Position numbers and translations under genes: made by a program. The notes under the pieces are model-generated. The model saw nothing but the letters and a program-made list of their open reading frames with translations, had not been told where the DNA came from and did no database searches. A stretch of 64,000 nt of DNA from Alphaproteobacteria bacterium. Its GTDB lineage: Bacteria > Pseudomonadota > Alphaproteobacteria > SMXQ01. Below are positions 22,401 to 30,398 of this stretch, piece after piece (the stretch's first letter is position 1; every line of letters begins with the position of its first letter). Where the stretch lies: NCBI GenBank assembly GCA_046297835.1, contig JBKBHI010000001.1, positions 391,354 through 455,353 on the forward strand, in the 5' to 3' direction.

Positions 22401-22542
22401 GAGCACGGGCGTCGGCTCCGAGGTCATGCAGCGCATTGCCGTGCCAATGATCGGCGGAATGGTGTCGTCGACGATACTCACGCTTATCGTCATCCCAGCT
22501 CTCTTCGCGTTGATTCACCGACGCGACTTAGGAACTATTTGA
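19426..22542 (+). CDS. cusA: heavy-metal efflux RND pump, CusA/CzcA family
   Basis: 1038 aa. HME-RND hallmarks (conserved N-terminus MIxxxIxxSxxNxxxVL, 12-TM architecture, GAIAIAIGAMVDAAIVMIEN). Confidence 0.9.
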   Translation: MIARLIRWSASNIVLVLIGSVFLTLAGIYGLTRLPLDALPDLSDTQVIVYTEYPGQTPQVIEDQVTYPLTTAMLSVPRSRVVRGFSFFGVSFVYVIFEDGTDIYWARSRVLEYLNVAAKRLPAGVTPNLGPDATGVGWIYQYVVNGKDYDLAELRSIQDWQLRFGLAKADGVAEVASVGGFVKQYSIVVDPQRMRALGLTLEGIRDAVRASNMDVGGRTIELSETEFMIRGRGYIQSLQDIEQIVLKATNGVPVTVHDVARVELVPDERRGIAELNGEGEVASGITIQRYGANALDVIKSVKNRLADIASSLPEGVNILPIYDRSVLIERAIETLRSTLIEESIVVALICFIFLLHARSALVAIVTIPIGILAALAIMNVLGIGSNIMSLGGIAIAIGAMVDAAIVMIENAHKRLEHAPPDMPRTEVLIRAAQEVGPALFFSLLIITVSFLPIFALEAQEGRLFKPLAYTKSFSMGAAALLSVTLVPALMVLFIRGRIIPEARNPLNRLLIWLYRPIIRLVLQAKFLTIVIAVAILAVSIIPAKRLGTEFMPNLNEGTLMYMPTTLPGISVTKAAELLQTQNKIIKTFPEVSSVFGKAGRAQTATDPAPMEMFETIINLKPETEWSAGMTVDKLIAQMDAALQFAGVSNAWTMPIKARIDMLSTGIRTPVGVKIFGKDLKELERLAREVETTLRKVAGTSSAYAERVNSGYFLEIVPDRTQIARYGLTVQDVQNTISMALGAEIVTTTVEGRERYGVVLRYPRDVRSDTDAIASEVLVSLPNGSAIPLGEVATIQRTQGPTSIRTEDGQLVVYVYVDIRDRDLGGYVRDAQKQVAEQVAFPAGYFATWSGQFEYLERAEARLQIVIPATLLVIFLLLYLNFRRMSDTLIVMLSLPFSLVGGVWFMYWEGFNMSVAAAVGFIALAGVAAETGVIMLVYLHHALEEVREHARSEGRIFTNADLHQAIMTGAVERVRPKMMTVCAIMAGLLPILWSTGVGSEVMQRIAVPMIGGMVSSTILTLIVIPALFALIHRRDLGTI

Positions 22543-22552
22543 GGAAACGATC

Positions 22553-23059
22553 ATGCTCTCGCCGTCGCCTGCGAATGTCGCCGCTCGAAAACGCCGTACG
22601 ACGATCTACATCGCCGTTTCCGCGTCTATCGCTCTCGTCATCGCTGTCTTTATGTTTTGGCTATACCCGTCCCTAAGCAGAATTTCTACGGGCCAGCAAA
22701 GCAAGATCGATCCTAGCGACCGAAAACAGGTGGCTTTGGGCAAAACGGTCTATGTAGAGCGTTGCGCCGTCTGCCACGGTCGCAATTTGGAAGGCCAACC
22801 TAACTGGAGGGAACGCAAATTAGACGGAAAGCTTCCGGCGCCGCCGCACGATGCGTCTGGGCATACTTGGCACCACGCAGACGAGCAGCTTTTCCTGATC
22901 ACGAAGGAAGGCTTGGCGGCGATTGTGCCTGGCTACGAGAGCGACATGCCGGCCTATAAAGGGATTCTCAGCGATCAGGAGATCGCGGCGGCGCTCGCCT
23001 ACATTAAGAGCACATGGTCCGCCGACATCCGTGCACGTCAGCCTCAGGCCCTAAAATAG
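22553..23059 (+). CDS. membrane-anchored mono-haem cytochrome c
   Basis: N-terminal transmembrane segment and a single CAVCH haem-binding motif. Lies 11 bp after cusA. Confidence 0.65.
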   Translation: MLSPSPANVAARKRRTTIYIAVSASIALVIAVFMFWLYPSLSRISTGQQSKIDPSDRKQVALGKTVYVERCAVCHGRNLEGQPNWRERKLDGKLPAPPHDASGHTWHHADEQLFLITKEGLAAIVPGYESDMPAYKGILSDQEIAAALAYIKSTWSADIRARQPQALK

Positions 23060-23150
23060 AGCGGACTAAAAATGCTCGCTTCGCGGTTTGGGCGCCCTCA
23101 CATCAAAAGCATTAGCGTTTGGGCGGCGCCGAAGCGCCGCCCAACATCGT

Positions 23151-23342
23151 TTATGAAGGTGTGTAGCCCGCTTCGGCGATAGCTTTTTTAGCCTCGGCCT
23201 CGCTAATTTCGCCTTCGACGGAGACGGTACGCGACGGCAAGTCGATCCGCACTTTGGCTGCAGGAGCCACACTCTGGATCGCCCTAGTAATGACGGACAC
23301 GCAATGTCCGCAAGTCATGTCCTGAACGTTAATCTCTGCCAC
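23151..23342 (-). CDS. copZ: CopZ-like heavy-metal-associated copper chaperone
   Basis: 63 aa with an MTCGHC motif in an HMA fold. Confidence 0.8.
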   Translation of the reverse strand: MAEINVQDMTCGHCVSVITRAIQSVAPAAKVRIDLPSRTVSVEGEISEAEAKKAIAEAGYTPS

Positions 23343-23374
23343 TTTGGCCTCCTATGGTGAGGGTGGGGCACAAC

Positions 23375-23405
23375 GGATGAGGCTTCCCACCCTGGGAAGG
23401 TCAAT
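23375..23405 (-). promoter_or_regulatory. CueR/MerR-type promoter (TTGACC, 19-bp spacer with dyad CTTCCCA-N3-TGGGAAG) reading towards copZ
   Basis: Dyad read at 23384-23400. TTGACC on the minus strand at 23400-23405. 19-bp spacer. Confidence 0.5.
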
Positions 23406-23428
23406 TGCTTCCGTGTGATTTTTTCCGT

Positions 23429-23459
23429 TTGACCTTCCTATCGTTGGAAGGTTCATACC
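23429..23459 (+). promoter_or_regulatory. CueR/MerR-type promoter (TTGACC, 19-bp spacer with dyad ACCTTCC-N7-GGAAGGT, then CATACC) for copA
   Basis: Strongly resembles the E. coli PcopA architecture (TTGACCTTCC...GGAAGGTT). Lies about 80 bp upstream of copA. Confidence 0.6.
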
Positions 23460-23537
23460 TCATGGCACTCGGCCTTATAACGGAGAGAAATCATACAATC
23501 GCCACAGAGCATTTCCCTAGATATCCCAATAAATGGA

Positions 23538-26054
23538 ATGACTTGCGCGAGTTGCGTCGCCCGAGTCGAAAAGGCCATCCAGGCTGTTTCGGGCGTTACG
23601 GCTGTAGCGATAAATTTGGCCGCCGAGCGCGCGCACGTCTCCACCGAAACGGCGGACAATCTGAGTGAGATCGCCAATGCGATTCGGTCGGCGGGATACG
23701 AGCCGGAAGAACGCGCCATCGAGTTGGCGATCAGCGGCATGACCTGTGCGAGATGTGTCGTTCGTGTCGAGAGAGCGCTCTTTGCGGTGCCCGGTGTCGT
23801 CTCTGCGTCCGTCAATCTCGCGACAGAGCGTGCGACCGTGCATGTCATCGACAGTGCGCTGAAGACAGCTGCTCTCATCGGATCAATCAAGCAAGCCGGC
23901 TACAGCGCTGAAGCGATTATCGGCGGACAGCCCGATCTCGCAGAGCACGAAGCGGCTAAGCGCGCTCATGAGCTTCAGTTTCTAAAGCGCTCCACAATTG
24001 TGGCAGCTGCGGCGACCGCCCCACTATTTATTGTCGAAATGGCTCTTCATACAATTCCGGCGGCGCATCACTGGCTCGCCGGCACCTTAGGCGAAACGAA
24101 CTGGCACATAATCAGTTTCGTCCTAGCCACCATTGCGCTGTTCGGACCTGGACTAACGTTCTATCGCAAAGGCGTGCCGAACCTACTGCGACTGACCCCC
24201 GACATGAATTCCCTCGTGGCACTCGGCGCCACGGCGGCATGGGCCTTCTCGGTCATTGCGACGTTCTTGCCAGATGCACTTCCAGCTGGAACAGCAAACG
24301 TCTACTACGAAGCGGCGGCTGTCATCGTGACGCTGATCCTGCTCGGCCGCTGGCTTGAAGCGCGCGCCAAGGGGCGGACAAGCCAAGCAATTAGGCGCCT
24401 GATGACCTTGCAGGCCAAGACGGCTCGCGTCGTCCGCGGTGGTGCGGTTGTGGATGTCGCGATCGACGAGGTCCTATCCGGCGACATTATCGATGTGCGG
24501 CCCGGCGAGCGGATCGCGGTGGATGGCCACGTGACCGAAGGATCCTCGTACATCGACGAGTCGATGATCACCGGCGAGCCGATCCCGGTTCATAAGAGTC
24601 AGGGAGCGAGCGTCGTCGGCGGGACGGTCAATCGCACGGGCGCATTCCGCTTCCAGGCCGACAAAGTCGGGGAGCAGACCATGCTGGCTCAAATCGTTCG
24701 TATGGTTGAGGCGGCGCAGGGCGCCAAGCTCCCCATTCAGGCTTTGGTCGACAAGGTCACGGCTTGGTTCGTCCCCGCCGTCATCGCCGCCGCCGTCGCG
24801 ACCTTTATCGTCTGGCTTGCCTTCGGCCCGTCGCCGACGCTCAGCTACGCCCTGGTGAATGCAGTTGCCGTTCTCATTATCGCCTGCCCCTGCGCCATGG
24901 GGTTGGCGACACCGACCTCGATCATGGTTGGGACCGGCCGCGCGGCCGAGCTCGGCATTCTGTTCCGCAAGGGTGAGGCGCTTCAGTCCTTGCGCGACGT
25001 GACCATCGTGGCGCTCGACAAGACCGGGACTCTTACGCAGGGCCGCCCGCAGTTGACGCATATCGAAACGACCGAGTCCTTCGAGAAGGACGATGTGCTG
25101 GCATTGGTTGCAGGCATCGAGAGCCGCTCCGAGCATCCGATTGGCGAAGCCCTCGTTGAAGCGGCGAAGGACCGTGGCCTAGACGTGGTTGCCCCCACAA
25201 CGTTCGACTCCGTGCCTGGATACGGTGTGGATGGCGAAGTGGACGGACGCCGGATTCAAGTCGGCGCCGATCGCTACATGGCGAAGCTTGGCCTCGACAC
25301 AGCGATCTTCGCCAACGCGGCCCGGCAGCTAGGCGACCGCGGCGAAAGTCCGCTGTTCGCCGCAATCGACGGCAAGCTAGCCGCGATCCTCGCGGTCGCC
25401 GACCCGATCAAAGAAACCACGCCAGACGCCATCAAGGCACTGCATCGCCTGGGCCTGAAGGTCGCCATGATCACCGGAGACAACCACCGTACGGCAGAGG
25501 CCGTTGCTGCCAGACTTGGAATCGATGAGGTCGTGGCAGAGGTACTGCCTGCGGGCAAGGTCGAGGCTGTAAAATCCCTGCAAAGTGCTGACCGACGCGT
25601 CGCCTTCATCGGCGACGGCGTGAACGACGCGCCAGCACTCGCACAGGCCGACGTTGGCATTGCCGTCGGAACTGGGACGGATATCGCCATCGAAAGTGCC
25701 GACGTGGTGCTGCTGGGCGGCGACCTGCGTGGCGTAGTGAATGCGATCGAGCTAAGCCGTGCAACGATGCGCAATATCCAGCAGAACCTGGTCTGGGCGT
25801 TCGGCTACAACACGCTGTTGATCCCTGTGGCCGCCGGAGCTCTCTATCCCATTTTCGGCTTGCTCTTGTCGCCGATGCTCGCGGCTGGTGCCATGGCGCT
25901 ATCAAGTGTCAGCGTCCTGTCCAATGCCCTCCGCCTTAAGAAGGTGACGCCGGCAATACATATCCATAAGACCGCTGCCGGGCCGCATGCTCGCAGAACT
26001 AATGGACGCTGTGGCAGCCTAGTCAACATGCCTCCGCATTATAGCCGGCGGTGA
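23538..26054 (+). CDS. copA: copper-translocating P1B-1-type ATPase with two N-terminal HMA domains
   Basis: MTCASC and MTCARC metal-binding sites. CPC transmembrane motif ([13 protein letters not shown]). DKTGTLT and GDGVNDAP. The first HMA beta-strand (ISLDIPING) is encoded in-frame upstream of the only ATG, with no canonical start. Confidence 0.9.
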   Translation: MTCASCVARVEKAIQAVSGVTAVAINLAAERAHVSTETADNLSEIANAIRSAGYEPEERAIELAISGMTCARCVVRVERALFAVPGVVSASVNLATERATVHVIDSALKTAALIGSIKQAGYSAEAIIGGQPDLAEHEAAKRAHELQFLKRSTIVAAAATAPLFIVEMALHTIPAAHHWLAGTLGETNWHIISFVLATIALFGPGLTFYRKGVPNLLRLTPDMNSLVALGATAAWAFSVIATFLPDALPAGTANVYYEAAAVIVTLILLGRWLEARAKGRTSQAIRRLMTLQAKTARVVRGGAVVDVAIDEVLSGDIIDVRPGERIAVDGHVTEGSSYIDESMITGEPIPVHKSQGASVVGGTVNRTGAFRFQADKVGEQTMLAQIVRMVEAAQGAKLPIQALVDKVTAWFVPAVIAAAVATFIVWLAFGPSPTLSYALVNAVAVLIIACPCAMGLATPTSIMVGTGRAAELGILFRKGEALQSLRDVTIVALDKTGTLTQGRPQLTHIETTESFEKDDVLALVAGIESRSEHPIGEALVEAAKDRGLDVVAPTTFDSVPGYGVDGEVDGRRIQVGADRYMAKLGLDTAIFANAARQLGDRGESPLFAAIDGKLAAILAVADPIKETTPDAIKALHRLGLKVAMITGDNHRTAEAVAARLGIDEVVAEVLPAGKVEAVKSLQSADRRVAFIGDGVNDAPALAQADVGIAVGTGTDIAIESADVVLLGGDLRGVVNAIELSRATMRNIQQNLVWAFGYNTLLIPVAAGALYPIFGLLLSPMLAAGAMALSSVSVLSNALRLKKVTPAIHIHKTAAGPHARRTNGRCGSLVNMPPHYSRR

Positions 26055-26089
26055 TGTCTAGAGAGGTCAACAGGGCGGCTTGGTCCATT

Positions 26090-26105
26090 TGTAACAAACT
26101 GTAAC
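26090..26105 (+). promoter_or_regulatory. direct repeat TGTAACA-N3-TGTAAC, putative CopR (OmpR-family) box upstream of copRS
   Basis: ttTGTAACAaacTGTAACg lies about 115 bp upstream of the copR ATG. An identical repeat occurs upstream of the cupredoxin/pcoAB operon. Confidence 0.5.
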
Positions 26106-26221
26106 GCTTGCAGCCGAGGCATATGCGGCTCGGTGCGACAATGCTAAATTCTCTTATGGGCATGGCTCAATCTAACTCGCGACGCGAAAACGCTTCAGGA
26201 TTCGGCGAGAAGCCGAGTGTG

Positions 26222-26923
26222 ATGACGCATGTCCTCATCGTCGATGATGATGGCGAAATCCGCGATCTACTTGGCCGCTTCCTGCAAAAGCATGGCTACA
26301 AAACTAGCGGCGTTCACAATGGCCGTGAGATGCGCAAGAAATTAGAGTCGGAGCAGATCGGCCTCGTGATTCTGGATGTAATGCTTCCGGGTGAAGACGG
26401 CATGACCTTGTGCCGAGAACTCAGATCAAAATCATCCATGCCCATTATTATGCTGACAGCGATGGGAGATGAAACGGATCGCATTATCGGACTTGAATTA
26501 GGCGCGGACGACTATCTGGCCAAGCCCTTCAACCCCAGAGAGTTGCTGGCCCGCATTAAAGCCGTCTTGCGACGGACTGCTATTCAGGCTTCCCCTAATA
26601 AACAGGGAAGAATTGCTTCATTTGCAGGATGGAAAGTAGATCAGGTTCGTCGCGAGCTGACCTCACCAGCCGGCATTTCAAAGGAGCTTACTGCGGGCGA
26701 ATACGACCTATTGATAGCCTTCGTCGAGCATCCGCAACGCGTGCTGACGCGCGATCAATTGCTCGACCTAACGAGGGGGCGTGACGCTGGACCTTTTGAC
26801 CGCAGCATCGATATCCAAGTCAGCCGCCTAAGACGAAAATTGGATGAACATGGACAACCAGGCCTAATCAAAACGGTTCGCGGTACAGGCTATACCTTGG
26901 CTGCAAAAGTTGAATGGACGTGA
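26222..26923 (+). CDS. copR: OmpR-family response regulator (CopR/CusR-like)
   Basis: Receiver domain (LIVDDDGEIRDLL, phospho-acceptor Asp in VILDVMLPG) plus a winged-helix output domain. Confidence 0.8.
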   Translation: MTHVLIVDDDGEIRDLLGRFLQKHGYKTSGVHNGREMRKKLESEQIGLVILDVMLPGEDGMTLCRELRSKSSMPIIMLTAMGDETDRIIGLELGADDYLAKPFNPRELLARIKAVLRRTAIQASPNKQGRIASFAGWKVDQVRRELTSPAGISKELTAGEYDLLIAFVEHPQRVLTRDQLLDLTRGRDAGPFDRSIDIQVSRLRRKLDEHGQPGLIKTVRGTGYTLAAKVEWT

Positions 26924-28251
26924 TGCGCCTTTTTCCAGATAGCATCGCAGGCCGGACGATACTTGTTCTGCTTGTGGGATTAACCCTGTCTCACCTCGTC
27001 AGTATTGGGACCTATCAGAACGATCTTTGGGCCGAGCTTGGGCTCAGCAGTAATCACCATTTAGCTGATCGCATCGCTTCGATTTCTCATGCTGTATCCG
27101 AGCAACCTATAACAAATCGCGAAAGCACGGCGCACAGCCTATCAAGCCGCACGCTCGAGGCGCATTGGCATGACAGCGGTCCAATAGATTTCGGCCATGG
27201 AGAAAAATTAGCCGAGCTTGAGCAACGAATCAGGCAAACTCTGCCTGAAGATCTGGCGAGTGCCGGCTATTTGGTGAATGCCTCTGCTGCATCCACAGGA
27301 CACGGAGACGGGGCAATACGCATTGTTGTTCAATTGTCTGAAAACAGTTGGTTAAGTTTTACCGCAGAGACACCAGACCGGCACCCCGCGAATTCGCATC
27401 ATTTGCTCACGTCGACAACATTGATGGCGCTTGCCGTCATTCTGTTTTCTATAATTTCCGTACGCATTCTGACGGCGCCTTTGCGAAAACTGTCTCAAGC
27501 TGCGGAGCGGCTGGGAACGGATATGTCAGCGCCACCGCTTGCTGAGGCGGGGCCTCGGGAAGTGCGCCAAGCGGCCCGTGCCTTTAATGGGATGCAAGGT
27601 CGTATTAAACGCCTGATTTCAGATCGCATGCAAATGTTGGCGGCGATCTCGCATGACCTTCGGACACCCATCACGCGCTTGCGACTTCGCGCCGAATTCG
27701 TCGAAGATGAAGCTCAACGCCGCAAAATGCTTGAAGACTTGAGCGAAATGGAAGCGATGATAGCCTCCGTCTTGGCGTTCATTCGCGACGATGCTGCCAA
27801 AGAAGATACGAAATCGGTCGACGTCTCGTCAGTGCTCGAAACGATTTGCTCCGATATGACGGATGCCGGCCATAAAGTTCAGTTTGAGCGCGACGAACAG
27901 GTAGTCCTACGATGCCGGCCGTTAGCTCTGAAACGCGCTCTGATTAATCTGATCGACAATGCAATAAAATATGGCCATTCGGCAACCGTCGCATTGACGT
28001 CCGAACCAATAGGAATCCGCATCGATATTGACGATGAGGGCCCCGGGATTCCGCAGGCGCTACGCGAAAAAGCGTTTTCTCCTTTTTATCGGATAGAAAC
28101 GTCACGCAACCGCATGACTGGAGGTACTGGTCTTGGCCTAACGGTCGCCCGCTCCATAATCCGTGCTCATGGCGGCGAAATAGAACTATCCGATAATCCC
28201 GGCGGCGGCCTGCGTGCGACGATTCGGCTTCCCCAAATTATCCCATCCTAG
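26914..28251 (+). CDS. copS: sensor histidine kinase (CopS/CusS-like)
   Basis: Two transmembrane segments. HisKA H-box (ISHDLRTPITRL). HATPase G-boxes (GGTGLGLTVA). Confidence 0.8.
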   Translation: MDVMRLFPDSIAGRTILVLLVGLTLSHLVSIGTYQNDLWAELGLSSNHHLADRIASISHAVSEQPITNRESTAHSLSSRTLEAHWHDSGPIDFGHGEKLAELEQRIRQTLPEDLASAGYLVNASAASTGHGDGAIRIVVQLSENSWLSFTAETPDRHPANSHHLLTSTTLMALAVILFSIISVRILTAPLRKLSQAAERLGTDMSAPPLAEAGPREVRQAARAFNGMQGRIKRLISDRMQMLAAISHDLRTPITRLRLRAEFVEDEAQRRKMLEDLSEMEAMIASVLAFIRDDAAKEDTKSVDVSSVLETICSDMTDAGHKVQFERDEQVVLRCRPLALKRALINLIDNAIKYGHSATVALTSEPIGIRIDIDDEGPGIPQALREKAFSPFYRIETSRNRMTGGTGLGLTVARSIIRAHGGEIELSDNPGGGLRATIRLPQIIPS

Positions 28252-28390
28252 GGCAAGTTAGCCGCTATCCTCGATCGGCCAGCATAGGGTGCTCAGGACT
28301 ATGGGGTGTTAGATAGTCTTGAGCGTCTACACTGGCCGAGCAGCTACTGAGCGCTACAAAAAGTGCAGCACCAAATGATGCTCAATTGGT

Positions 28391-28645
28391 TTATTGGCAG
28401 TTCGTGCGTTGACCGCCAATGCAAGCTGGAACAGCTCTGCTCCTGCTCGGAAGCAGAAAGCCATTAGCTGGTTTGTGTTCCCTCTTATCTCGGTCAATAA
28501 AAGGGGTGGCGGGAGGGCTGTTATCCGTGAGGACCAAGCTCATCCGCGGAGGATCGCCATCCTCATGACGCGCGATGGCAGGCGCGCTGAAAGTTGCCGA
28601 AGCAAAAGCTACGGCGACCACTGCAATTCTCAATGTAACGTACAT
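28391..28645 (-). CDS. hypothetical small secreted protein
   Basis: 84 aa with a clear signal peptide (MYVTLRIAVVAVAFASATFSAPAIA). No homology recognised. Weak call. Confidence 0.25.
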   Translation of the reverse strand: MYVTLRIAVVAVAFASATFSAPAIARHEDGDPPRMSLVLTDNSPPATPFIDRDKREHKPANGFLLPSRSRAVPACIGGQRTNCQ

Positions 28646-28918
28646 AAATTGACTCCCTGATTGATTGCATACCTTCAGGAGTCTATTTGCGCGCTGTAAC
28701 TACGGTATTTCCGGCTTGTTTCTCTTTGCAGCGAATTGTTTCCGGAAGATATCTATCTAGTTCGCAGTCGCGGCGTGTGGGACTGGATCGACTTGGTCAG
28801 AAGTTGGCAGCGGCCAATAACCTAGCGGAACTTATCGATTACCCAGGTCTTCGGTATGAGCCGTTTTTCAAGAGTGGCCTCTACGTATTGGTATGAGGCG
28901 CTTTACGCTTGGAGCGCA

Positions 28919-29502
28919 TCACTCTCGTGCCGCAAACCAAGCCAGGGGCAACGCTATCTCAGCAGACTCGATCAACTGCCGTAAACAGGTCTTGGGAGAC
29001 CAAATTTGCAAGAGTGTGAGCAACGGCAACGTGATGATCCGCGGTACGCGGCGAAACAGCCGCGCAACCAAAAAATACATCGGCAGCATCGAGATGAATA
29101 ACAGCATGTGAAGGGGCTCAATGTACCACCATAGGTACTCCGTCCACAGCACCTGGCCGCCGTTGAACTCCCCAGCGACCAGTGTTGCGGCGAAATATAG
29201 CGTCGTCAATAGCGCAAAGAAGCAGGTAAAATGGACAATTTTGCGATCTAAATAAGTGCGCCAGGGATGATCGTTGGTGCGGCTGAAAAAATAACCCCGC
29301 AATCAAAAAGAAAGCCGGCATTCGGAATGGCTTGGCGAAATCCCCCCAAGTATTGAACCCAGCCCCCAAATTGGGCCAGGCTTTGGACATAGATTGTCGC
29401 ATACAAGCCGACGACGGCGACGGGACAGATCCACTTGGCATAGCCGATCCAAGGAACGCGGGGGTTGCTTTCCTCTAAAGCCATACTGTCTTCCCATGAC
29501 AT
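28919..29502 (-). pseudogene. disrupted membrane protein gene (acyltransferase-3/DUF1624-like?) split over three frames
   Basis: Three consecutive overlapping minus-strand ORFs (29502-29248, 29441-29118, 29302-28919) all encode hydrophobic segments (for example FRMPAFFLIAGLFF). This is consistent with two frameshifts. The region is AT-richer than its flanks. Confidence 0.3.
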
Positions 29503-29639
29503 TCCGTCGATAACGGACTCGGCGCCTCGACGGAATGACTCAACAGGTCTGATCTATGTAAGCAGAAAGAATGCGATTAATGGTTCGGAACCCGCAGCCA
29601 CTTACCAAGTAATTGGCATTTGCATTCTTAAAGGATTGC

Positions 29640-30380
29640 TCAGAACCAGAAGCGAACGCCGGCGACTAGAGACAAGCTATCGACATCCTCCCCTTCAGAT
29701 CGGGCAAGGATCGCCGTCTCTCCCAACTTTCGCTCCCACGCGACACCAACATATGGCGCAAATTTTCTGCTGAACTCGTAGCGCAAGCGCAAGCCCAACT
29801 CGACATCGTTGATGCCGCCTCCCAGCCCAAGTTCGGGCACGTCCTGCGCTGCGAGGGTGATCTCAGCATTGGGCTGCAGAATTAGCCGCTGAGTGATCAG
29901 AAGGTCGTACTCAGCTTCAAATCGCGCTGTGAAATCGCCCTGTTCACTGACGAAGCCTTGGAGGTCGAGTTCGAAATACCCCGGAGCAAGGCCTTGCAGA
30001 CCGATCACGCCATAGGAGCGAGAGGGATCCGGCTCGAAGTCGTGGCGAACACCGACCTGTAAATCCCAATAGTAATCTATGAGGCGGGAATACAGGAGCT
30101 GAACCTCCGCGCTTTCGATGGCGTCGGATAAGCTGTACTCCCCCTTCGTCTTAAGCCAGACCTTGTGATAGTCGCCGCCGTACCAAGCATCGGCTTCCCA
30201 CGCGATGACGTCCTGCCCGTCTTGGGCACGGTACTCGAACTTATCGACGAGTACCGCCCCGACGAGCGGCTCGTGCATTTGAGACATGTTCGACATTGGC
30301 TGCGCATGGACTGCCGTCACCATAATGATCGACGCCAAGGTTGCAGCCGGAGCGACAAGCCAATTCTTCTTCCATTGCAT
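29640..30380 (-). CDS. copB: copper resistance outer-membrane protein CopB/PcoB
   Basis: Signal peptide. Beta-barrel family signature. Terminal aromatic motif (...GVRFWF). Confidence 0.8.
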   Translation of the reverse strand: MQWKKNWLVAPAATLASIIMVTAVHAQPMSNMSQMHEPLVGAVLVDKFEYRAQDGQDVIAWEADAWYGGDYHKVWLKTKGEYSLSDAIESAEVQLLYSRLIDYYWDLQVGVRHDFEPDPSRSYGVIGLQGLAPGYFELDLQGFVSEQGDFTARFEAEYDLLITQRLILQPNAEITLAAQDVPELGLGGGINDVELGLRLRYEFSRKFAPYVGVAWERKLGETAILARSEGEDVDSLSLVAGVRFWF

Positions 30381-30398
30381 GATTCTATCTCGACTTTC

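Noticed and set aside
28394-28896. Small plus-strand ORFs (28394-28660, 28687-28896) after copS
   Set aside because: No signal peptide, motif or ribosome-binding site. The minus-strand secreted ORF and the decayed membrane gene explain the region better, and even those are low confidence.
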